Shown here: in pieces, positions 11,901 to 21,821 of the stretch
Position numbering within the stretch: position 1 is the stretch's first letter
Layout: each line of letters begins with the position of its first letter
Assembly: GCA_010909165.1 (NCBI GenBank)
Contig: MU008201.1
Span: forward strand, 372,001-436,000
Reading direction: 5' to 3'
Source: Anthoceros angustus
Lineage: Eukaryota; Plantae; Anthocerotophyta
Length of the DNA: 64,000 nucleotides
The notes under the pieces: generated by a model
Database searches by the model: none
The model's input: only the letters and a program-made list of their open reading frames with translations
What the model was told of the DNA's origin: nothing
Made by a program: the position numbers and the translations under genes

Positions 11901-12894
11901 AGGGATTATCCAGAAGCAGTACATAGGTGCTCAGTCAGTCCCAATCCACTCAACATAACCCAAGACAAAACCAATATGAGCATCTGCCACTCACAAGTAT
12001 TGAGACCTCCCAAGGCAGCAAAGTACTTCTCGGATCCCGTAATCAAACATCTCACGATAATGTGCCCGCCAGGCTTCAGCACGCCGCTCATACAATGACC
12101 TCCATGTGAGAACATCTGATCCAGCACAACACTGAACCACAGCCTGTATCCATGCTGCAGCTGGAACTATTGTAAAGGGAACATGAAGCCATCTCCCAGC
12201 ATGTCTTGATCCACCTGTAAGTCACTAGCATCAGCAACCTGAATTGACCGCAGAAGTTCACAAGCCAAACTAGAAGCCCTAACCAGTTGCAAATGCCACA
12301 CTCCAACACAGCAAGACCAATGTGCAATTCAAGCTTCCAGAATCACTACATCAACCCACCAGAGCAATGTCTATGATAGAAGTCCGCCCCAAATGATGAA
12401 CTCCTCCACAATACAAACGTGATGTTTGCAGCAGCTACCACCTGTAAAAACGTCACCACGTGACCTGCTCTTGACAACCAGAGCCAGCATCTGTACCAGG
12501 TCTGCACAACAGAAACCAACACAAGAATCATCAGGTGCCGGCTAGGTCACAAATCAGCAGCGTTTCTAGATGTGGAAAATGACAAAGCTGCAGAAGCTAC
12601 CCGTCGCTTATGCCGAGTGGCAGTGGATCCCAATGGGTCTGTTTCCTCTGCCAACATGGTGGAAGCCGTGGCCACCTGAACGAATGCAATAACCCATATC
12701 CACAATGTGCGAGCAGCTGATCCCAGAGCCACAAGACTTGATGCGACAAAGATATCTCTTGGACACCCGGACCTGCTCGATGCAGCAGCAACGGCCAAAG
12801 CTCCTGCTAACAGAGCCCCATTCAACACAGCAAGTAGAATCACAACAAGTCGAATATTTCGCACTCTGTAGGGTTCAAAGATCCCCGACTCCAT
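8906..12894 (-). CDS. Lipase class 3 family protein with N-terminal transmembrane segments (diacylglycerol lipase-like, At1g05790-like), multi-exon
   Basis: Starts MESGIFEPYRVRNIRLVVILL, followed by hydrophobic helices and WYRCWLWLSRAG. Motifs: GDNWWRGHAAAF, VVAVRGTETPEDL, the nucleophile motif LRFVGHSLGGAIA (~10370-10410) and the C-terminal SPSMFLDHLPW. The last exon ..QQALNELV..SEIV ends in TGA at 8906-8908. Introns are GT-AG. Confidence 0.88.
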
Positions 12895-13653
12895 CCCTGC
12901 CGAGGCCTTGCAACCATCACCTTCTTCCAATTTATCGTGTTTCAGATTATCACGTCCTCTCCCACGAAATATAAAACCTCTCTCGAGGACGTAGGCGATG
13001 ACCCAGCCAGCCCAAAGAAGCACGCATTTCCCACCTCTGACTCCCTTTCTCACGCATGCCAGATAGTGCTTTCTGCAACCACTTGCAACCCGGGCAGCCA
13101 AGTCGAGCCCCGATCCCGTAGCATGGCGAAGCATGTAAAACCGCGACCATGCTCATCCACTATAGGAACAGCATCGGGAACGATAAATCCAAAGATAAAA
13201 CTGCTCTCTCCAAACCTAGACCCGGGTTTCCCAAATTCACAACCATCCAAATCAGGAAACTCCCCTTCCTGGATCAGGATTTCAATCAGCATGACCCACA
13301 AACAGCTCAGATCCTGTGGTTTCCTCCAAGTGCTTCTGATGGGAATTGCGAGGAGCCATGGTAATACTCTCCAAGCTACGTCAACGAAACACCAGCTCAC
13401 CGGTCAGGCAACAAGCTTGTACATACATAACAGAAGAATTGCAGGCTGTCAGGAGGGCAAGAACAGCAGCGGAAAGGAATTGGCAGACTATTTGTTGACT
13501 GAGGTGGACGCCAATTTCGCCAGCCAGGGGGATCCATCCTTCCGACTTTTGTGGGCGACACGCTCGATGCGGCGGCCGGGTACGACGTCTGACAGGCTTG
13601 GGTGACGAAGATTTGGATTCCGCAGTTTTGCGCAGCAGCCGGTGAGCGGAGCC

Positions 13654-16161
13654 ATGGAGGTGGCAGAATGGAGCATGCTTCAGAATCGGTTCTACCGGAA
13701 GCACGAGATCCACGCAATGCGATGGCAGGATGTGGATCTAAGCAGGCACAAGGTGGCGTGCGCCAGGTTCGGGGGTCCCATCGCCATGATCAGAGACGAG
13801 TCCAAAATGGTGCAGCTGAGGTCGGAGTCGGTGCGGCCCAAGCTGCTGATCTTCTCCGCCTGCGGGAAGCTGCTGTCCAGCTTCGTGTGGGAGAGGCCCG
13901 GGGGCAGGCTCATCTCCATCGGATGGACGGACGAGGAGATTCTGCTGTGCGTGGTGCAGGACGGGACAATCTTCCAGTACAACGTCCACGGGGAGCTCTT
14001 GGAGCAGACCCTGTCGCTGGGGGAGGATTGCTGGAGTGAGGGGGTCTCGGAGTGCGTGATCTGGGGGAGTGGGCTGGTCTGCTTGACGGAAGCCAACAAT
14101 CTGTTCTGCATTCCGGATCTGAAGCAGCCTCAGGCCGTGAAGCTCGCGGATCCCGGGCTGGAGGACCCTCCGCACTGCATGGCGGTCCTGGAGCCGCAGT
14201 TTACTGTGTCGGGGCATGTGGAGGTTTTGCTGGCAGTGGGGGCAACGGTCTTGGTGGTGGATGCTGATACCGTGCAGGACCAGATGCTGAACATTGGGCC
14301 TTTGCAGAGGATGGTGGTGTCTGTGGGGGGGAGCTTTGTGGCCTGCTTCACGCACGATGGCCGGTTGCTTGTTGTGTCGTCTGATTTGTCCAAGACGTTG
14401 GTGGATTACAACACGCAGTCAGCTCTGCCTCCGGAGCAGCTGGTCTGGTGTGGGTCGGACAGTGTGGTGTTATACTGGGAGGAGCAGCTGTTGATGGTTG
14501 GGCCTGATGGGGAGATTCGGTACCCGTATGACGAGCCCATCGTGCTCATTCCGGAATGTGATGGTGTGAGGATTCTGTCAAATTCTGCTACCGAGTTCTT
14601 GCAGCGGGTTCCGGATTCCACTGTTTCCATCTTTGGGTTTGGGAGTACGTCTCCCGCAGCCATGTTGTATGATGCCCTGGACCATTATGATAAGAGGAGT
14701 GCCAAGGCTGATGAGAACATCCGGCTCATACAGTCTTCGCTGCTTGAGGCTGTGGAGTCATGCATAGATGCTGCAGGGCATGAATTTGATCCTGCTACTC
14801 AGAAGACCTTGATGCGGGCTGCTTCTCATGGCTTGGCTTTCTGCACCAGCTTCCCGCAAAACCGGTTTCGGGAGATGTGCAAAACGCTGAAGGTTTTGAA
14901 CGCTGTGCGTAGTTTTGATGTGGGGATTCCGCTCAGCATTCAGCAGTTCAAGGTTCTTACCGCACCTGTCTTGGTTGCCAGGCTGGTGAATGCCAGAAAG
15001 CACTTGTTGGCACTCCGGATCTCAGAGTTTCTGGGGTTGAGCCAGGAGACAGTGCTGGTGCACTGGGCTTGCTCTAAGATTGCTGCTGCCACTGACGTCC
15101 CAGACTCTGTGGTTTTGCATTTGCTGGTTGAGAAGCTCAGTATTTGTCCTGGGACTTCGTTTGCTGCAGTGGCTGCTCATGCTCATCGCAGCGGACGGCA
15201 GAAGTTAGCAGCACTTCTGCTGGATTATGAGCCCAGATCGTCTGAGCAGGTACCTCTTTTGACCAGCATGGGGGAGGAGGAGAGGGCATTGGTGAAGGCC
15301 ATCGATAGCGGGGACACTGATTTAGTGTATTTTGCCATCTTCTACTTACTGCGGCAACGCTCGACAGCCGAGTTCTTGAAGATCATACACACCAAGTCTC
15401 TCTCTCGAGCCCTCTTCATCATCTATGCAAAGCAGAATGACCATGAGCTGTTGAAGAAATTCTTCCAAGCCACTGGACAACCACAGGGGGCAGCCCTGGC
15501 ATTGTGGAGAGAATCCTGGGAACAATCGAGGACGTCTGTTGTGGGTGCAGAAGCACAGCTCCCTGTCACCCGGTTGAGACTGATTGAGCAAGCTCACAGT
15601 TTGTATTCTCAGCTCAAGGATCACTCCTATGAAGCCAGTGTCACGGATGATTATCTGAGACTGCTGAAGGTGCAGCTGGAGCTCGAGGCTGCTACTGGGC
15701 AGTCTATTTTTGTTGATTCCAGTGTCAGTGACACCATCAAGACATGTATAATGCTGGGCAACCATCGAGCAGCCCAGAAAATCAGAACGGACTTCAAGGT
15801 TTCTGATAAGCGTTTTTGGTGGCTCAAGGTTTTTGCCTTAGCAGCCCTCAGGGACTGGGCAGCACTTGAGAAGTTCTCTACCGAGAAAAAGTCACCTATT
15901 GGGTACATGCCATTTGTTGAGGCATGTTTAGAGGAGGGGGAGAATGCCGAAGCATTGAAGTATGTATCCAGGGTTTCCGATGCCGAGCAAAGAGCTGAGG
16001 CATATGAACGCCTCGGTATGGCAAAAGAAGCGGCTGAGGCAGCTGCACAAGCAAAGGATGGACCGTTGGGCCGCCTCAAGCTTCCAGGGTTTGGAAGCAA
16101 CACTGCCGCTGGAGCGCTAATTGACACACTGAGAGACCGACTGACACTGCAGGCACAATAG
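13654..16161 (+). CDS. VPS16: Vacuolar protein sorting 16 / VACUOLELESS1 (HOPS/CORVET subunit), single exon
   Basis: Uninterrupted ~835-aa ORF from ATG at 13654 (MEVAEW..RFYRKHEI). Characteristic segments: VACARFGGPIA, LPPEQLVWCG, IPECDGVRI, AKADENIRLI, AIDSGDTDLVY, KRFWWLKV, KKSPIGYMPFVEAC. Confidence 0.96.
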   Translation: MEVAEWSMLQNRFYRKHEIHAMRWQDVDLSRHKVACARFGGPIAMIRDESKMVQLRSESVRPKLLIFSACGKLLSSFVWERPGGRLISIGWTDEEILLCVVQDGTIFQYNVHGELLEQTLSLGEDCWSEGVSECVIWGSGLVCLTEANNLFCIPDLKQPQAVKLADPGLEDPPHCMAVLEPQFTVSGHVEVLLAVGATVLVVDADTVQDQMLNIGPLQRMVVSVGGSFVACFTHDGRLLVVSSDLSKTLVDYNTQSALPPEQLVWCGSDSVVLYWEEQLLMVGPDGEIRYPYDEPIVLIPECDGVRILSNSATEFLQRVPDSTVSIFGFGSTSPAAMLYDALDHYDKRSAKADENIRLIQSSLLEAVESCIDAAGHEFDPATQKTLMRAASHGLAFCTSFPQNRFREMCKTLKVLNAVRSFDVGIPLSIQQFKVLTAPVLVARLVNARKHLLALRISEFLGLSQETVLVHWACSKIAAATDVPDSVVLHLLVEKLSICPGTSFAAVAAHAHRSGRQKLAALLLDYEPRSSEQVPLLTSMGEEERALVKAIDSGDTDLVYFAIFYLLRQRSTAEFLKIIHTKSLSRALFIIYAKQNDHELLKKFFQATGQPQGAALALWRESWEQSRTSVVGAEAQLPVTRLRLIEQAHSLYSQLKDHSYEASVTDDYLRLLKVQLELEAATGQSIFVDSSVSDTIKTCIMLGNHRAAQKIRTDFKVSDKRFWWLKVFALAALRDWAALEKFSTEKKSPIGYMPFVEACLEEGENAEALKYVSRVSDAEQRAEAYERLGMAKEAAEAAAQAKDGPLGRLKLPGFGSNTAAGALIDTLRDRLTLQAQ

Positions 16162-16899
16162 AAAGGTCTTGGCATTTCTGTTATTCATCCCTACCGAGCT
16201 CCATCCACATCCCCCAGCAGCTGAGAGCAGAGACTCGGAGGGAGAGGAAATATGTCTAAGCCTCCGGCAATGAAGATACTGCAAAGTGCGTGGAATATCG
16301 GACGGCGCACGTTCTGCCACAATTTCCTGCGCGCAAAGGATACAGTGATCACTTCTAAATGCAACTGGAATCAAGTTGTGTGAGCATCCAATGTCTGGAA
16401 TGGCCGAGCATGTGTGGCAGCTCAGCGCCATCGATGACCTGTTTCCAGCTTGTTTGCTGCGAACTGCGTACCTGGGATGAGACAAGGCCATCTTTATGCA
16501 AAGAAAGAGCAAGCCTGGGTGATGACACTTCACACAGTATTTTGTAGAGGACTCCCAAGTTGTGCAGTGCTTTGGCTTGTCCCAAGTTCTATATACCACC
16601 CATTGAGCTGGAGTGAAATGGCTTGATGATTCGATCTTCCAATCGAGATGTCTGTCTCGACTGATACTCTGTGCGCCACGAAGCTTAACTGCACAACAGT
16701 CGATGTATACAGGAAACATGGTGGCTCGGATTGAATGATTGAGTAAGTTGTTCTGCGGCAACATATCCTGTGACATCAGACAGATGAATGTGAAACGTTT
16801 CTTCGCGCCAGGTTAAGGTCCCGTATTTAGACATTGTGTAGGGTTTCACCGTCGTCGTGTTTGTATTGCCCTGACGCTTCGTTGCAACGTTGCAACCCG

Positions 16900-17358
16900 A
16901 TGGCAGAAGCCGAGAAAGAAGCGATGTCCTCTCCAGAGTCCACCAGCGCCTCCGTGTCGGAATCTTGCAGAAAGAAGAAAACAGACGGGGCGACCTTCAT
17001 GCAAGACGTGCTTGATCATATTGATGAGTTCGTCCACGCATCCATGGAAGACCACAAAAACTGCTTCCACAAGTCAATGAGCAAGGTATGTCACAAGTCA
17101 CTGCATCACGCTTTTGTTCTCTAGCGGTGCGGGATGAGCCTCCGTGCTGAGATCAACTGAGATCTGTGGTTTGCTCTCCATGCTTGTTCTTGTAGTGCTC
17201 ATCTCGATTTCGGAGGGTCCGGGTGGTGCATGTCTGGGGAATTTGTTGAAGTAACGGGAATTTGATTGCAGATGTTTGGATTGACCAAATCTGTGGGGCA
17301 GCCTGCTTCACCTGTCGAAAGCGTTCTTCCGTTGAGTGTAACCACCTCAGATTCGTAG
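16900..17358 (+). CDS. Small plant-specific protein (90 aa) of unknown function; exons 16900-17085 and 17272-17358
   Basis: ESCRKKKTDGATFMQDVLDHIDEFVHASMEDHKNCFHKSMSK|GTATG ... TTGCAG|MFGLTKSVGQ..VESVLPLSVTTSDS*. It matches the conserved plant motif DHIDEFxxASMxEHKxCF..KMFG..VESxLPL recalled from At5g64850-like proteins. Confidence 0.85.
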
Positions 17359-18596
17359 CATTACTTAGGAAGCGGGGGGCTGACAGTGCGATGGCTGCAA
17401 TCTCCGGAGAGTTTGCATGCTGTGTGACAAACTGTCGACGACATGAGGCAATCGTTTCGGTGGCAGATCTTGTGCTCCTGGAATGCAATGCCAGGGCCCA
17501 TGTCTTGTGCCGTGGACTTGAAACAGGGGTAGGCACCTGCCAGCTGCTGCATCTCGCACCCTACCAAGCTGACCAAGCGTACCACCATATTAGCCATGTT
17601 GTTTAGAATCATGGATCCCTTCGTCTGATTCGGCAGTCACGACGTCATGAGAATTGTTGAGAAAGAGGTTCTGAGCTTGTAGACACTTCTTAAACCCTGT
17701 AAACACCTGTACTCAGGGATTTACATGTCGCACCTGTACAAGGTCTTCTCTACTCATGAGGGCTACCTCCTTTTGTGATGCTAAAGTTTCCAAGTCTGAT
17801 GCTGCCATGGGGATTGGCTTTCCCGTTGAAGGGTGTTGGATTAGTCTTTTTCTGTGTTGTACCAAAGTGGTCACAAGCCATCTGTGGTGAGATGGTGTAC
17901 CAGACTGGACATCAACCATCTTCCCTTCTTTTACATCATCTTTGGGCCGGGTTGGCTCTTTGGCTCGGTCGCACCCAACCAGGTGTATCTGCGCGATAGG
18001 GAACCAGTCCCGAGGTTAGGGTTTGGGGCCGGCTCCGAGACCGGTTCCACTTTAGGGTTTTTGCTGGGGAAGGCTCTTCCACGGTATGTAGCTATTATTT
18101 TATTTTTTTTCAATTATTTTTTATTTCACTTCCTAACCTTTTTTGGTTTTGGAGTCACATATTCACGTAGTACTCTTTGTATTGTATTTGCGTCTTAATA
18201 TTCAATTGAATTGTGAATATGGATTTCTAATCATTATTATAGTGTTTTATTAATATGGTTATTTTACCAATATTAGGATTGCTTACCATAATTTATTGTT
18301 CTTATGCATTATTCTGATTATTACCTTATTTTTGCATTGTGAGTCACATATGCATATCGTGATCCATATTCAAGGTTTTTAGGGCTCAAGTTCTTACTAA
18401 TATGGTTGGTTCTAGAAATTCTGATTGTTTACCGTTAATTGGTTCTCGTTTAGAATATTTTAATTATGATCATATTTTCGCATTGCCAAGTGAAAAATCC
18501 AGAAATTATTATACATAAAACGCTGAATGTGTAAAAATTTACGAGTTTAAGATGCCGAAAATAAGGAAAAGGTAAGGAGCAGGGTGGCGGGGTTTG

Positions 18597-18777
18597 GTCT
18601 CGAGACCTAGTAGGCCTGATCGAGATCGGGATCGCCTGAGAATGCGTCTCGAGACTTAGTAGGCCTGATCGAGATCGGGATCGCCCGAGGATGCACAGAT
18701 CGGGATTGCCCGAAAATGCACGGATCCACGGATCGGGATCGCCCGAGAACGCATGGATCCCGATCTCGATTAGGCCT
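18597..18777. repeat. GC-rich block of direct and inverted repeats (AGGCCTGATCGAGATCGGGATCGCC)
   Basis: Direct copies at 18612 and 18661, shorter GATCGGGATCGCCCGA sub-repeats, and an inverted copy at 18756-18777 (21/22 match). Confidence 0.8.
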
Positions 18778-18934
18778 CACTTGCAGTAGGCGCCTACTGG
18801 ATAGCTACGAGTCCATCTACTGGCGCCTGCACGTTGCACTGCAAAAGCGAGGACGAGGCAGCAGCACCGCGAGGCTACTGCAGGCACTTGAGGCTGCCGA
18901 GGCAGCAACCTCGCGAGGCTGCTGCAGGCAGATG

Positions 18935-19095
18935 AGGTTGTTTAAACCCTAGACCTTGTTTAAAAAGTGCTTGTTTGAAAAGCTGGGGCTTCTTAGAAAC
19001 CAGGGCTTGTTTGAAAATAGGGCTTGTTTGAAAAGCTAGAGGTTGTTTGGGAACCTAGGGTTTGTGTGGAAAATTAGGGCTTGTTTAGGGGAGGT
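18935..19095. repeat. Degenerate ~18-20-bp tandem repeat (TTGTTTGAAAAnCTAGGGC), loosely telomere-like
   Basis: Recurrent TTGTTT(G/A)AAA and TAGGG motifs are visible. Confidence 0.6.
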
Positions 19096-19619
19096 TTGTA
19101 CATATCTATTAGTTCTATTTAGATAACTATGTATTATAATAAATTTTAAAATTTAATAAAACTATTTTCATAAATACTGAAATTTTGAAAAATATAAATA
19201 TTTATGTTGAACCTTATTTTTTTCAATTATTTCGGCATTACCCTATTGAACCACCCCTCGGGGTACGGTAATGTCTACCATAAATAGGACACGTTAGCCT
19301 CGGCACAATCCGACCGATCGTGGGTGATCGGGGGCCAATCTTGTCAATTGGCAGGCTCGAGCACGGCCTGGTGGAATTAGAATTGTTGATATAGGATAAT
19401 AATCTTTTTCAGCTGATGCCGTCCGCTCGGGCCTGGTGGGTTTGGGGTTGTTGATGCAGGATAATAGTCTTTCTCAGCTTCTCAGCTGATGCCGTCACTA
19501 TTTTTATTTTCTTGGATTGACTGCTCCATTATCGTGGAAGGTTTCTCCTTTCACTTTTGTTCCCTTGGCTACTGCAAAAAAATCCTTCAATGGTACCCCT
19601 CGTGTCACTTAACTTTTGT

Positions 19620-21017
19620 CTAGATTATGGGCCTTGGTGCATAGCTGTGTGCCTTGTATCTTCTGGTGTCCTTTTTTGCACCCTCGCAGCAACTACTCTC
19701 TCAAGTGGCCTTTGGAATTCTTTCCTCCTGTTTTGCTAGGCGCCCTGGTGACCTCATCCGTACGCTGCCTCCGTCCCCGACACTTTTGTCCCGGCTGCGG
19801 CGGTTTGATAGGAAGATTATGCATACTCTTGGGGACATCTTGGGCTCAGGGGCTTTTGAGTGCCCTATGGGCGATCTGGCCCGCTCGCAAGCGTCCCTAC
19901 CTGTGCAATTTGGAGGCACAGGTCTGCTCTCGCTGGAGGTCTCTTCCCCGGCGGCTTTCCTGGGCAGTTGGGCCCTCTCTGCCCCTGCTTTGGCTTCTCG
20001 GTTCATCCTCCATGACAGGCCCTTTCTGGAGGATCTCGTATCAGGTGTGGAGGAGGGAACCTTCTCTCTCCAAACGTCCTTGAGGCAAGCTAGGGACATG
20101 TTATCAGTGGATGCTCAGAAAGACTTCTCTCCTTTCTCGACATTTATTCGATGGTTTCGAAGTGCGAGCATCCCCGCCGAGAAGCGCTTGGCGAGGCTTT
20201 CGATCATCCTCCAGGACCCCTCCATCCCCAGGTCCACGAGCGCGGCTCCGCTCTTGTTCTGGGAAGGGCGCAGGTGCTTGGCTATTGGCCCGCCCATGCA
20301 TACGGGGTTTTCACAACGCACCAACCACCTTCACTACTGCGATGCGATTCCGTCTTGGCCTACTCCAGCCTGTGGCTTCTTCGCTCCTTACTTGCGAGTG
20401 CGACTCTGCCCTCCATGATTCAGGGGTACACCTTGCTCGTTGTTCCCACGGGGGTCATCGCATTGCCACTCACGACGCCATCCGCGATGTCATGTTCGCC
20501 ATCGCTCGCGAAAGCGGCTACATGGCCGAGGGAGCGGATGTATACTCCGTGGTCGCTCAATCGGTGACTGTACCTTGTCCGTGCGACTAGGTTTCGGCGT
20601 GTATGTGGTTATCGATCCTACACGAGACACCATCTCCGCTCAGGTCATCACTAACTGCGGGTTATCACGAGCCGCGGCTCAAGGTCCGCAAATATAGCAG
20701 GATGCAAGCGGGCCACCTCTTTATTCCGCTTGCTCTAGAAACGTATGGGGCAATGGCTGAGGACTTTGACAAATTTATCAAGTCCTGTGCCAAAGCTTAC
20801 CATGCTCGTAGATCCTCCACAAGGGGCGACAGTAGGTGACGCATCTTCGTCTACCTCCGTGATTTGCAGGCCGTTTATTCTTCCCGTGCATGACGCCAGG
20901 GTGCGTGGGTGACTTTAGGTAGGGAGCTTAGTTGCTCCTCTTCACCTTGACTCCCTGGTCCTCTTTGGTTGTCCCCTCCTAGATGGGCTTTTCCCATCGT
21001 TTTTTCACCTCAATAAA
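19620..21017 (+). mobile_element. 5'-truncated, frameshifted CRE-clade-like non-LTR retrotransposon (RT thumb, CCHC, RLE endonuclease)
   Basis: Motifs: QASLPVQFGGTGL..PAAFLGSWA, ARLRSCSGKGAGAWL, MRFRLGL, CEC..H..C zinc knuckle, THDAIRD, VIDPTRD, KVRKY, FIPLALETYG. The 3' end carries AATAAA. Confidence 0.85.
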
Positions 21018-21477
21018 ATCTCTCTCTAGAGATTATTTTGTCTCTATAAATGCCTTGGCCTGCATTTACAAGCAAGGGAATATAAAACATGAAAAAGTAA
21101 TGACTTGATTATCTTGTAAAAAGCAATGATGATGTTAAGTAGGAACTCAAAGATGATATGAAGCACCGGAAAAAAAAGTGATTCAATTATGTTCTCAAAA
21201 AACGATAATAATGTTAAGTATTCAAAGATAATTTGAAGCCCCGCCTGGGGGGTCGAACCAGCTAAAGAGCTACCGGGCTGCATTCTACGAAGTTGTTCAT
21301 CATGGAGGTAAACAGTGCAAACAACTCGACCATTCCACTCGCACATTGAGATACCCAAAAAATCTGACTCCCCCCTCCACCGAGGTGATGCGGGCTGTCA
21401 GTCCACCTAAAAGAAATAATACAGCTGTTGTACAGTTGTGCCAAATATGTTCTGCCCATCGTTTGGGCCCTCATGCG

Positions 21478-21719
21478 TTTCCTGTGACCCAAAAAGGCTA
21501 AAAAGAGTCAATTCCTATTCTGGTATTGCAAGAAACCAGACTTCAGGCCTGCGGATTCCAAGATCAGGATAATCAAAGTTAAAAAATTCTAACCAGACTG
21601 CTTTCCTATGACCCACAAGGCTAGAAAGAGGCAATGCCTAATCTGAGTATTACAAGAATCCAGACTGGGGGCCTGCGGATTCCAAGATCAGGATACTACA
21701 GTCAAGGAATTCTAACCAG
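21478..21719. repeat. ~120-bp tandem duplication downstream of the TRRAP stop codon
   Basis: Two copies, each containing GGCCTGCGGATTCCAAGATCAGGATA and ATTCTAACCAG. Confidence 0.85.
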
Positions 21720-21821
21720 CCTGCCTAGCAGCAGATGTCCTGCAGAGTGTTAAAAATTTAGTAGTCGTGAAATACTGGTACAGAGTCGCCCAAACGACTC
21801 TGCACATATGAGAAGAGCCAC

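Noticed and set aside
16117-16776. 219-aa antisense ORF after VPS16, and other long antisense ORFs over VPS16, TRA1 and the LTRs
   Set aside because: No motifs; explained as shadow ORFs of coding or GC-rich sequence.
17996-19278. Possible terminal inverted repeats bounding the AT-rich island
   Set aside because: Only a CCCGAGG core matches; there is no convincing TIR or TSD.
21235-21305. tRNA-like fragment on the minus strand (GCCCGGTAGCTC..GGTTCGACCCCCAGG) and a nearby ATGATGA box-C-like motif
   Set aside because: Too short for a cloverleaf (no D or anticodon arm), and no box D partner was found.
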